Positions 1 through 8,432 of a stretch of DNA of 11,324 nucleotides are shown piece by piece (within the stretch, counting starts at the first letter, position 1; every line of letters starts with the position of its first letter). A model generated the notes under the pieces. The model searched no databases. It was given only the letters and a program-made list of their open reading frames with translations, and was not told where the DNA came from. The position numbers and the translations under genes were made by a program. The DNA comes from Octopus sinensis. Taxonomy: Eukaryota. The stretch spans positions 1 to 11,324 of the forward strand of contig NW_021827028.1 in NCBI RefSeq assembly GCF_006345805.1, in the 5' to 3' direction.

Positions 1-147
1 AAATACCTGTTTTTTGAAAGAACAATCTAGTTTAGAATTGAACAGATTTAGAAAAATTATTGGTGAGTTCTGTGGAATTGTCCGCTGGATTCAGAAAGCC
101 AAAGTGATGGTTATTTAAGAGTTTACATTTGTAGATGAGTGAAGTTA

Positions 148-184
148 CGTGGCTTAGTGGTTAATGTATTCGGCTAACGATCGC
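148..184 (+). mobile_element. Truncated 5' head of a tRNA-derived SINE (same head as 633-957)
   Basis: cgtggcttagtggttaatgtattcggctaacgatcgca aligns to 642-678 (cgtggcttagtggttagggcattcggctcatgatcgta). It has the A-box TGGCTTAGTGG but no B-box, and is followed by (AG)n. Confidence 0.75.
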
Positions 185-379
185 AATGGAGACAAAGAGA
201 GAGAGAGAGGGGGGAGGAGAAGATTGGAAATGGCAAAGTATGGAGTTATCCTGTATGTGACATGTAACCCAGAGTAAGTCTTGTTGCTCGGTTTTAAATT
301 CCATTTCACTGTGAGCACTTTTGAATCCATGATTCTTCTTTATTTCCCTAATGTTAACAAGTGTCGATTAATAATCCTG

Positions 380-1020
380 AAAGCAGTAATAGTTTCCATG
401 CATTAGCTAGGTCAATGGTTCAAGCTTGGCATTTTTCTTCTAATGAAGTGCGCCTCTGTTATTCGGAGGTTGACGGCATCCACGACTCTTTCTAGTATCC
501 TGGTGGAACATTCACTTTGGCGATGTTGACCGTTCGGGAATAAAAAACTCTGTGTTGTTTGGACTGAAAAGAATGCTCTTTCACTCTGCGGTGAATCTGT
601 CTCCTCGTTGATCCGACGTATATGGCTTCACAGTGAGGGCGCGTGGCTTAGTGGTTAGGGCATTCGGCTCATGATCGTAAGTTTGTGAGTTCGATTCCCG
701 GCGACGCGTTGTGTCCTTGAGCAAGACACTTTATTTCACGGTGCTCCAGTCCACTCAGCTGGCAAAAATGAGTTGTACTTGTATTTCAAAGGGTCAGCCT
801 TGTCACTCTCTGTGTCACGCCGATTATCCCCGAGAACTACGTTAAGGGTACACGTGTCTGTGGAATGCTCAGCCATTTGCACGTTAATTTCACGAGCAAG
901 CTGTTCCGTTGATCGTATCAGCTGGGACCCTCGTCGTCGTAACCGGCGGAGTCTTTTTATGGCTTCACAACAACATGTCATCTAGTTGACCACTTTCGAT
1001 TTTACGCACAGAAGTGAGAT
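380..1020 (-). pseudogene. Penelope-like element GIY-YIG endonuclease fragment, interrupted by the SINE at 633-957
   Basis: Removing the SINE and one TSD copy, the minus strand reads LCVKSKVVN*MTCCCEAIYVGSTRRQIHRRVKEH..., then after a frameshift TRILERVVDAVNLRITEAHFIRRKMPSLNH, then DLANAWKLLL. This fits the PLE pattern VVY.I.C..C...Y(I/V)G.T.R....R..EH...IL...R.I.E...I....P.LN. Stops and frameshifts are present. Confidence 0.85.
633..957 (+). mobile_element. Full-length tRNA-derived SINE with CORE-like central segment (octopus OR-type; exact family unverified)
   Basis: A-box TGGCTTAGTGG at 644-654, B-box GTTCGATTCC at 689-698, CORE-like tgtgtccttgagcaagacactt at about 710-731, and a short T tail. 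Flanked by the direct repeat TATGGCTTCACA at 621-632 and 958-969. The 3' ~170 nt match the reverse complement of 1687-1858. Confidence 0.93.
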
Positions 1021-1056
1021 CTTCTGATGATGTTTTTCAAATTATTTTCCCTCAAT

Positions 1057-1135
1057 GTGGACCCAGTGTTTATTTCAATGCCTTCGCTTCTTCCATGTCC
1101 TCCCTCTCTTCTTCTTCCCTTTCTCTATAGTCTGC
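1057..1135. repeat. Unclassified dispersed repeat, copy 1 (copy 2 at about 7095-7170)
   Basis: acccagtgtttatttcaatgccttcgcttcttccatgtcctccctctcttcttctt is nearly identical to acccagtgtttatttcaatgcctcgcttcctccaattcctccctctcttattctt at 7095 onward, in the same orientation. Confidence 0.8.
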
Positions 1136-1327
1136 TACAACTGCTGTAGTTTCCCCAGCCACTTGAAGGTTCCGGTCCCATTGACCCCTGTCTGCTCACT
1201 GCCGTTCCTGCCGTTGTGCTTCTGTTGTCTTTGTTGTTGCTGTTATTATGAACACCAGATCATTGGCCATTCTTAGCATCGGTCCTCATTCTATAGGTCC
1301 GTATGTTTACATACATACATAAATAAT

Positions 1328-1490
1328 ATCATCATCGTTTAACGTCTGTTTTTCCACTGGCATGCGTTGGGCGCTTTGATGGGAACTGGTAAGCCAGAGA
1401 GCTGCACCAGGTTCCCATATCTCTCTTAGCATGGTTTCTGTGACTGGATGCCGATCTTTATGCCAACCACTTTTGGAATGTAGGTTGGGT
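1328..1490 (-). mobile_element. Degenerate 3' end of a retroposon with a (GAT)n tail (RTE-type LINE/SINE tail)
   Basis: The minus strand ends ...gacgttaaacgatgatgat and contains ggttggcataaagatcggcatcca, matching ggttggcgtttggaagggcatcca of the plus-strand copy at 8234-8385. The RTE link is from recall of such tails. Confidence 0.6.
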
Positions 1491-1623
1491 CACCAAGTAA
1501 TTTTCCAAACAAATATTACAGGACTGACCCCTCACAACAGTTGCCGATGTAATACATAGATCTCCCTTTCATTTTCTGTGTCTCTGTATTCTAAGTTATA
1601 TATGTATATTTAGATACGTGCAT

Positions 1624-1626
<3 letters not shown>

Positions 1627-1659
<33 letters not shown>

Positions 1660-1671
1660 CACACACACACA
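1627..1671. repeat. (CA)n microsatellite
   Basis: Read directly; one interruption. Confidence 0.95.
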
Positions 1672-1683
1672 GATATATATATG

Positions 1684-2066
1684 GAAGCACTCCGTCGGTT
1701 ACGTCGATGAGGGTTCCGGTTGATCCGAATCAACGGAACAGCCTGCTCGTGAAATTAACGTGTAAGTGGCTGAGCACTCCACAGACACGTGCACCCTTAA
1801 CGTAGTTCTCGGGGATATTCAGCGTGACACAGGGAGTGACAAGGCCGGCCCTTTGAAAAACAGATACAACAGAAACAGGAAGTAAGAGTGAGGGAAAGTT
1901 GTGGTGAAAGAGTACAGCAGGGATCACCACCATCCCCTGCCGGAGCCTCGTGGAGCTTTAGGTGTATTCGCTCAATAAACACTCACAACACCCGGTCTGG
2001 GAATCGAAACCGCGATCCTATGACCGCGAGTCCGCTGCCCTAACCACTGGGCCATTGCGCCTCCAC
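1684..2066 (-). mobile_element. Full-length tRNA(Arg)-like SINE sharing its 3' tail with 633-957 but with a different head and body
   Basis: Minus strand starts gtggaggcgcaatggcccagtggttagggcagcggactcgcgg. A-box is at 2044-2054, a TCG anticodon-like loop is present, and the B-box GTTTCGATTCCC is at 1999-2010. The tail (1687-1858) aligns to 780-953 at roughly 89% by hand count. Confidence 0.9.
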
Positions 2067-2087
2067 ACACACACACACACACACACA

Positions 2088-2119
<32 letters not shown>

Positions 2120-2131
2120 CTATATATATAT

Positions 2132-2174
<43 letters not shown>

Positions 2175-2245
2175 CATATATTATCATTTATATATATATA
2201 TATACTATATTTATATATATATATATATATTTTAGATATATCTAC
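2067..2245. repeat. Compound (CA)n/(TA)n microsatellite
   Basis: Read directly; source of the HTHT/IYIY ORF at 1962-2315. Confidence 0.95.
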
Positions 2246-2264
2246 ATACACGTACATTATTATT

Positions 2265-2649
2265 CTTTTACTCTTTAATTGTGGTCTTTACGTGGCTGAT
2301 GAGCACTGCATTTAGTCGAGTAATCGACCCAGAACTTATTCTTTGTAAGCCTAGTACTTATTCCATCGGTTTCTTTTGCCGAACCGCTAATCTACGGGGA
2401 CGTAAACACACCAGCATCCGTTGTCAAGCGATGCTTCGGACACACACACACACACACATATATATATTTTATATATATATATATATACGACGGGCTTCTT
2501 TCAGTTTCCGTCTACCAAATCGACTCACAAGGCTTTGGTCGGCCCGTGGCTATAGTAGAAAACACTTGCCCAAGGTGCCTCGCAGTGGGACTGAACCCGG
2601 AACCATGTGCTTGGTAAGCAAGCTACTTAAACACACCCACTCCTGCGCC
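2265..2649 (-). mobile_element. tRNA-derived SINE with internal (TA/TG)n, copy 1 (octopus OK-type; name unverified)
   Basis: Minus-strand head ggcgcaggagtgggtgtgt...ggttccgggttcagtccc, CORE-like caccttgggcaagtgt, internal microsatellite at about 2439-2487, and tail gaataagtactaggcttacaaagaataag...taaaagag. Aligns to the copies at 5716-6092, 8432-8838 and 6575-6903. Confidence 0.92.
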
Positions 2650-2671
2650 TATATATATATAAATATATATA

Positions 2672-2676
<5 letters not shown>

Positions 2677-2733
<57 letters not shown>
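2677..2733. repeat. Perfect (TG)28 microsatellite
   Basis: Read directly. Confidence 0.97.
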
Positions 2734-2737
<4 letters not shown>

Positions 2738-2745
2738 ATATATAT

Positions 2746-2884
2746 TGTGACCCCCTTCGGTCAGGAATGAGGGATTGCACCTACAATGTTACCCTCCGAG
2801 GCACAAGTCTGGGCAAGGTTGTTTATGGAAGACCAGCAGTTGCCCATGCATACCAGCCTCCTCTCCACGCCACCGATGTTATCC
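2746..2884 (-). mobile_element. Probable 3' tail fragment of a further SINE family
   Basis: gggattgcacctacaatgttaccctccgaggcacaagtctgggcaaggttgtttatggaagaccagcag is recognised from memory as an abundant octopus repeat. It has no second copy in the window and abuts the broken end of the Penelope RT. Confidence 0.5.
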
Positions 2885-3372
2885 TCATTACTCGAAGTCT
2901 GCCACAAGGATGTTGATTTTGGTAGTACTTGACATCGCTGAGTCACTACGGATTTACCAGTGGATTAGCTATAGATTTATAATAATGTGAATTGAGTTAT
3001 CAGGGATTAACTGTTCCGTTAATCATAGTATTTTCTATCCACAGCTGAGTATGTAGGACAGGTAATCTATTTCTGGCGTTTTTAGAGGGGTAGTCTACAG
3101 TAGCCTTTATACTGCTATGGATAGAGTCAGCCATGGGTTGTACAGTTGTCATCATCTATTCTTCATTTAGGAGAGTGTTCATATTTCTATTACTTTTCAC
3201 GACAAAGTCAATGTCGTCAACGTTTCGAGAGTACATATTTAAGTGGATGTTACGGGTCACTAGGCACTGCTTAAAATGCCTGTCCCATCATACTATGAAG
3301 AGGCTGCCACATCACCGGTGATCCCTACACCAATAGCACTGCCTTTCATCTGTTTGTCGTCTTATTCTTTCT
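2884..3372 (-). pseudogene. Penelope-like element reverse transcriptase fragment
   Basis: Minus strand, across frameshifts: IRRQ/MKGSAIGVGITGDVA/LFIV*WDRHFKQCLVTRNIHLNMYSRNVDDIDFVV...MADSIHSSIKATVDYPSKNARNRLPVLHTQLWIE...HYYKSIAN.../SAMSSTTKINILVAD. The Q..G.AIG and RYVDD-type (RNVDD) motifs and the DYPS...P.LD segment are typical of PLE RTs. Confidence 0.87.
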
Positions 3373-3384
3373 CGCGTAAACAGT

Positions 3385-4255
3385 TCTTTTTTTTCAGTTG
3401 GTTTAAATGTGTTCCCACGTTTCACCTTTTACCATTTACGTTATTTTTCCAAAACGTTTACTTATTATAATTTCTTCCCAACTTTCCTCTCCATTTCTGT
3501 ATATTTAAAAACAAAAACACCTTGTCACCGAATTTGAAGTATTTTATCTTATTTTCGGTGTTTCCTTCTATTTCCCCCCACCTTTTCTTCCCGGTAGTAA
3601 TTTGTCGAGCACTGACCTGACTTTCCTGGCGAACATTAGTTCAGCCGGCGACATACCTGAAGTGGTGTTGGGGTTAGGTGTTATTCGGTAGACACTTAAG
3701 AAATGCGTCAATGCAGTATGAACTAGTATCTCATTCCTAGCTGGGTTTTTTTAGCGTCCTCTTAAACTTGTCTACAAAACGTTCCGCTAGTCCATTCGAT
3801 CTCGGATGGTATGGCCGAGTAGTAATATGCTCCATTGCATGCATTTTGTAAAAGCTTTTTAATTCCTTCGATGTCAACTATGTTCCGCTTTCAGACACTA
3901 TATTGTCTGGGGTGCCATATCGCGCAAAATGTTCGTCCAGAAATTGCATTGCCACTTTGGAGGATGGCTTCCTACATTTACATATTTCCGGCCATTTCGT
4001 GTAACTGTCCACAGCTAATAGATAATGCCTTCCATTTATCGGTCCTGTACTCTATGTCAGTCTTGGGCCAAGGCTGAATTTTTATAGGTAGTGCTTTTTA
4101 TTGCCAGGGCACAACCCCTGCAGGCCTTCACCAATTTCAATTTCCTGATCCATATTCAACCAGTAAACTTAGCTTCTCATCAGTGCTTTCATTCTTGCGG
4201 TTCCTGGATGTCCCTTGTGGAATACTTTTAGCATACAATATTGCAAAGCTGCAAC
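3385..4255 (-). pseudogene. Ty3/gypsy LTR-retrotransposon integrase (HHCC zinc finger, rve core, C-terminal module), decayed
   Basis: Minus strand: FHKGHPGTARMKALMRS*VYWLNMDQEIE/LVKACRGCALA (HHCC); QPWPKTD/INGRHYLLAVDSYTKWPE...FARYGTPDNIVSESGT*LTS...TRPYHPRSNGLAERFVDKFKRTL; YRITPNPNTTSGMSPAELMFARKVRSVLDKL; FKFGDKVF...HLNQLKK. Multiple stops and frameshifts; no LTR seen. Confidence 0.95.
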
Positions 4256-4259
4256 AAAT

Positions 4260-4378
4260 GTGAATAAATATCTAAATGGATAGGCATACACATGCATGTA
4301 TGTGTATTTGTGTATACATATACATTTAAATATATGTATATAGATATGTATACATATGCAATGAGTGTATGTATACAT
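4260..4378. repeat. Degenerate (TA)/(TG)/(CATA) low-complexity tract
   Basis: Read directly; separates the gypsy fragment from the maT element. Confidence 0.8.
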
Positions 4379-5135
4379 CTGACAGTTTTCACAAAAGGAA
4401 AATAAAACTCCTTATCACATCCAAAAATAAGCGTTTTAAAAATTCAAAACCTGTCAAAACTAGGTTTTGGCTGAGAGATAAAGGTTTCCTGAAATTATCT
4501 GCCCTTCACTTCCACCACAGCCTCAACACATCTTCAAAGCCTGGCATATGCGTTCCTCACTGCGTCCTTGGGGAGATTTTCGAACCCCTCTTTGATCTTG
4601 GTCATCAGCTTGGACTTAGCGCTGCAGGAAGAGGGGTTGGTATCTTTCTCAATTGCGCCCCTCACATAGTAATCCAGGGTATTACAATCAGGGGAATTAG
4701 AAGACCAGAAATTCGGGCTGGGGCAGTCGTAGAAAATCTCCAACAATCACGTCTGGTTCCTTCCAGCGGTATGACGAAGAGATGAATCTTGCTGCCACAC
4801 ATATGACCTTCCAATGGCAATCCTCTCCAGCCAGAGTTTGATCCCAGTCTGCAGCAGTTTCACAAAGCTGTCTGTATAGAGCGTAACTCATTGCCTGCTC
4901 AACGATGTGGCAATGAATTGTGGTGTGGTGCAGACACACTCAGAACTCCTACTATGTCCCTTCCCAGTAGCTACAGATTCACAGTCTCATGCGTGTGTCA
5001 CATCTCACAGCCTTTACAGTATTCACAGAGCATTGAGCATCAGTCATGATGTCGGCATTTTGATATCCACCAAAAATTACAATGATACAGGAAACTCTTT
5101 TCAAATATTCAGAAATTTAATCTCCATGGTCTCCA
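4379..5135 (-). mobile_element. IS630-Tc1-mariner transposon of the DD37D (maT) family, internally deleted and decayed
   Basis: Probable ATG at 5127 (MEIKF...GYQNADIMTDAQCSVNTVKAVR...HSRSSECVCTTPQFIA) runs directly into HIVEQ/LYTDSFVKLLQTGIKLWLERIAIGRSYVWQQDSSLRHTAGRNQT*LLEIFYDCPSPNFWSSNSPDCNTLDYYVRG...EAVVEVKG. I count 37 residues between the D of QQD and the D of LDY. A possible TIR remnant ctgacagtttt lies at 4379. Confidence 0.9.
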
Positions 5136-5220
5136 ACGCTGTTGACTGTTCACTGATGCATGAAGCTCTTGAGGAAAAGAAGTAGACTAAACAAATCACC
5201 AAATTTGTGTATTTATAATA

Positions 5221-5368
5221 TATACAAGCGCTCACCCGACCTTTGACCCAGTGTGTACTCTACACAAATGTATTCATAAAACATCTATCGTAATGCTTAT
5301 GTATTAAGATCTTAGTTAAAGGTTACTAGTCGCTCCTCTCCAAAAGATAAAGTTTTAAATTCCAACCT
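5221..5368. repeat. 148-bp dispersed repeat, copy 1 (possible non-autonomous Helitron-like 3' end on the minus strand)
   Basis: Ungapped alignment to 7202-7349. The core tacacaaatg...aaaggttac has only 2 mismatches. The repeat itself is certain; the Helitron call is weak. Confidence 0.8.
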
Positions 5369-5715
5369 GACTTGTCGTTACTTTGATGTTTCCTGTTCTC
5401 TGGATCAGGCATTTCTATCTGCGTTACTTTGAAGTTGTTCTGTTAACGTATATTCTCTTAAGCTGGTTTTCTAATGGCTTGAGACTCGAACCTCTGTCGT
5501 TTCCCCTCTGGTGTCTCTTGTTGCCTCCAGCAGGCTTGCCTAGTTGTTTGAAACTGATGTTTTACTTCCTGTTGCTGTTGTGTCTCTACGACATTTCTTT
5601 GTCTCCGTGCCTGTCCTGCCTTTCTTCTTGTGTCTCCATAGACCTTCAACTTCGGGAGCTTTGAGCTCCAGATGATTGAAAAATATTATGTTGTCTTCTA
5701 CGCATCATACTCTCT

Positions 5716-6092
5716 TTGCTCTCTTTACTCTTTTACTTCTTTGAGTCATTTGACTGCGGCCATGCTGGAGCACCGCCTTTCGTCGAGCAGCTCGACCCCG
5801 GGACTTATTCTTCGTAAGCCCAGTACTTATTCTATCGGTCTCTTTTGCCGAACCGCTAAGTGACAGGGACGTAATTCTAGGGGGACAAACACACACACAT
5901 ACACATATATACATATATATACATATATACGACAGGCTTCTTTCAGTTTCCGTCTACCAAATCCACTCACAAGGCATTGGTCGGCCCGGGGCTATAGCAG
6001 AAGACACTTGCCCAAGGTGCCACGCAGTGGGACTGAACCCGGAACCATGTGGTTGGTTAGCAAGCTACTTACCACACAGCCACTCCTGCGCC
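5716..6092 (-). mobile_element. tRNA-derived SINE with internal microsatellite, copy 2
   Basis: Intact head ggcgcaggagtggctgtgtggtaag (A-box TGGCTGTGTGG) and B-box-like ggttcagtccc. Full tail tcatttgactgcggccatgctggagcaccgcc. About 27 nt are deleted near 5873 relative to copy 3. Confidence 0.95.
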
Positions 6093-6574
6093 TGAATGTT
6101 CTGAAGTAAAATATCTTTAAAAAATCCACAATAAATCCCGTAACATGCAATTCATTTTTGTTGTTTCTAAATTCAATCACGTGACTTTATTTCATTCGTT
6201 TACCAAACTTCATAAAAATCGGTTCAATAAATTTTCATTTATCATTATACATCTATATGTATGTATGTGTATGTGTGTGTATACACTCATACATAGGCAT
6301 ACATGTTTATATACACCTATGCATGTGCTTGTGTGTGTGTGTGTGAGTTGGTAAATGTGTGTTCGTGCCTGTATGTTTCTTTACATTTCGTTCATCGATG
6401 AATTGTGCAAAAATTATGTTCATCTTAGAAAAGAAAATATTTTGAAAACAAATGAATTTAATATTGACAAACAATAAAGAAGTGGAATCGAACCAGTGCG
6501 TGTGTTAATGATATTGGCATAATGACTCCCTGGACACTACAAAATTCATATATGTATATATCTGTGTATATAGT

Positions 6575-6903
6575 CACAGGAATGGCTGTGTGGTAAGAAG
6601 CTTGCTTCCTCACCACATGGTTCTGCGTTCAATTCCTTGAAGCCTTGCGATTGAATTTGGTAGATGGGAAGTGAAAGAAGCCCGTCGCATATATATACTT
6701 GTGTGTTTATATGGACTCTTCATCATCGATTGGCAATCGGTGTTGGTGTGTTTACATCACCATAACTTTGCGGTTCGCTTAAGGATGCCGATAGAATAAG
6801 TACTAGGCTGAAAAAACGTCCGGGGGTTGATTTGTTCAACTAGAACCCTTGAAGGTGGTGCTACAGAATGGTCGCTGTCAAGTGCCTGAAACAAGTAAAA
6901 GAT
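6575..6903 (+). mobile_element. Older, diverged plus-strand copy of the same SINE, lacking the CORE-like segment
   Basis: caggaatggctgtgtggtaagaagcttgc...gttcaattcc is joined to aagccttg, so about 50 nt are missing. It then continues ...gatagaataagtactaggc...tgaaacaagtaaaag. Confidence 0.88.
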
Positions 6904-6921
6904 TTTTAAAAATGAATATAA

Positions 6922-6923
<2 letters not shown>

Positions 6924-6953
<30 letters not shown>
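6924..6953. repeat. (TG)n microsatellite
   Basis: Read directly. Confidence 0.95.
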
Positions 6954-6957
<4 letters not shown>

Positions 6958-7094
6958 GTGATAAAGTCAAGTTTCATGTATTTATTATCTGTAACTGTAA
7001 CTCCCTCCCACTCCATTTGCTGTTTTAGCTTTCTTTCTGACCTGTCCATAAATTATCTTTACAACTTCCACACTTCCGAACTTCAAATTGTAAA

Positions 7095-7170
7095 CCCAGT
7101 GTTTATTTCAATGCCTCGCTTCCTCCAATTCCTCCCTCTCTTATTCTTCTCTTAGCCTATGTTATTAAGT
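7095..7170. repeat. Unclassified dispersed repeat, copy 2 (of 1057-1135)
   Basis: Direct alignment within the window. Confidence 0.8.
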
Positions 7171-7201
7171 CTGCTATGTGTATGTATGTGTGTGTATAAT
7201 A

Positions 7202-7349
7202 TATACTAGCAGTCATCTGGCCTTTGTCTCCGTGTGTAGTGTACACAAATGTATTCATAAAACATCTTTCGTAATGCTTATGTATTAAGATCTTAATTAA
7301 AGGTTACAAGTCGATACCCTTCACAAGAAATAGTTTCAAATTCCAACCT
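7202..7349. repeat. 148-bp dispersed repeat, copy 2 (of 5221-5368)
   Basis: Ungapped alignment. Begins tatactagcag, which on the minus strand ends ...ctgCTAG|tata. Confidence 0.8.
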
Positions 7350-7484
7350 TAAGTACACCAACCCACACGCACACACACACAACACACACACAGACAAATT
7401 TACAGAAAACAAAAGACACACACACACACACACACAATATATATATATATACATATATATATAGTCATGTAGTCACATGTCCGA

Positions 7485-7685
7485 CTATACTGCCAGATGT
7501 TACACATCACTGGTCACAATGTGCTTTGCATCGTTTTACGTTTTGAATGATGCCACTCCACTGGTTAGGAAAGCAGGCGAACATTCGGAAATCTTGGGAA
7601 AGGAAGGGCATTGCAAGAATCAAACCCACGATCTAGCTATTCTGAGGGTAGCACCCGAATCCCTATGCCATACAGCTACTCACAC
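7485..7685 (-). mobile_element. Highly degenerate tRNA-derived SINE
   Basis: The minus strand begins gagtagctgtatggcataggg...gatcgtgggtttgattc, with worn A-box and B-box. The distal part (ggtcacaatgtgctttgcatcg) resembles an octopus SINE tail from recall only. Confidence 0.45.
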
Positions 7686-7963
7686 ATGCACACGAGTATA
7701 CACATACATAGACTTATATATGTACGTATATGCATATAAAGCAATCATTTTACACCTTTTCTCCATACTACCATGGGTTGTATGAGTATATTATTGATCC
7801 ATTCTTTTTGCATCTGGATCCCCTTCATGTTATTAACCCTTACCTGTTGTTCAAGGGATCACTTATTCCAATGGTTTGTCTATTAACAGGGAAAATGATA
7901 ATCGTTCCTAGCTGAGCAATGTTCAGTAAAAGAAAATGGAAAAATACACACTCAAGAAGCAGG

Positions 7964-7970
<7 letters not shown>

Positions 7971-8044
<74 letters not shown>
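7971..8044. repeat. Perfect (AT)37 microsatellite
   Basis: Read directly; source of four IYIY ORFs. Confidence 0.97.
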
Positions 8045-8047
<3 letters not shown>

Positions 8048-8120
8048 TACGTACACACACACAAACACACATACACTTCTTTTTGGCAGTTTTTCCACTG
8101 GTCCTCAGATTTTGTCCGTG

Positions 8121-8230
8121 GTGTACGATGGGCTTCTCTCAGATTATCTCTATTTAATCCACTCAGAAGCCTTGATCAACCATGGGATTTAGAAGAAGGT
8201 ACTTGACCAAGGTGTCATACAGTGGGACAA
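8121..8230 (-). mobile_element. Old fragment of the internal-microsatellite SINE family
   Basis: tacgatgggcttctctcag...aatccactcagaagcc...gaaggtacttgaccaaggtgtcatacagtgggac aligns loosely to 8674-8780. Confidence 0.75.
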
Positions 8231-8233
8231 AAC

Positions 8234-8385
8234 TGGTGGTTGGCGTTTGGAAGGGCATCCAACAGTAACATACCTGATAAAACAGACAGTAGCCCAGGGT
8301 AGTTTTTTTCTACCTGGACGGCTACTATGGTCCATCTTACTCTTGAATGCATGGAAGGTGGACGGTATGTGGTGATGATGATGAT
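8234..8385 (+). mobile_element. Degenerate 3' end of a retroposon with a (GAT)n tail
   Basis: Contains ggttggcgtttggaagggcatcca and ends gcatggaaggtggacg...gatgatgatgat. Same family as 1328-1490. Confidence 0.65.
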
Positions 8386-8395
8386 ATTAGTATAG

Positions 8396-8431
<36 letters not shown>

Positions 8432-8432
<1 letters not shown>

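Noticed and set aside
633-705. tRNA gene-like sequence (also at 1995-2066 and the other SINE heads)
   Set aside because: A-box and B-box are present, but there is no acceptor stem partner and each continues into a SINE body.
1008-1045. CTGATGA next to the Penelope fragment, a possible hammerhead ribozyme as found in PLE termini
   Set aside because: No stem II followed by GAAA and no stem I/III closure. It is antisense to the element, and the adjacent CAGAAG/CTTCTG hairpin is only 6 bp.
4168-4192. Minus-strand GAAAGCA-CTGATGA hammerhead-like words
   Set aside because: They lie inside the integrase codons MKALMRS and lack the required stems.
5458-5664. Q/R-rich minus-strand ORF and L/C-rich plus-strand ORF
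   Set aside because: Low-complexity pyrimidine-rich DNA with no recognisable domain or splice support. It may be TE-derived but cannot be classified.
8080-8115. Minus-strand CTGAGGA-ccagtg-GAAA, a minimal hammerhead look-alike
   Set aside because: No complementary stem I or stem III arms around it.
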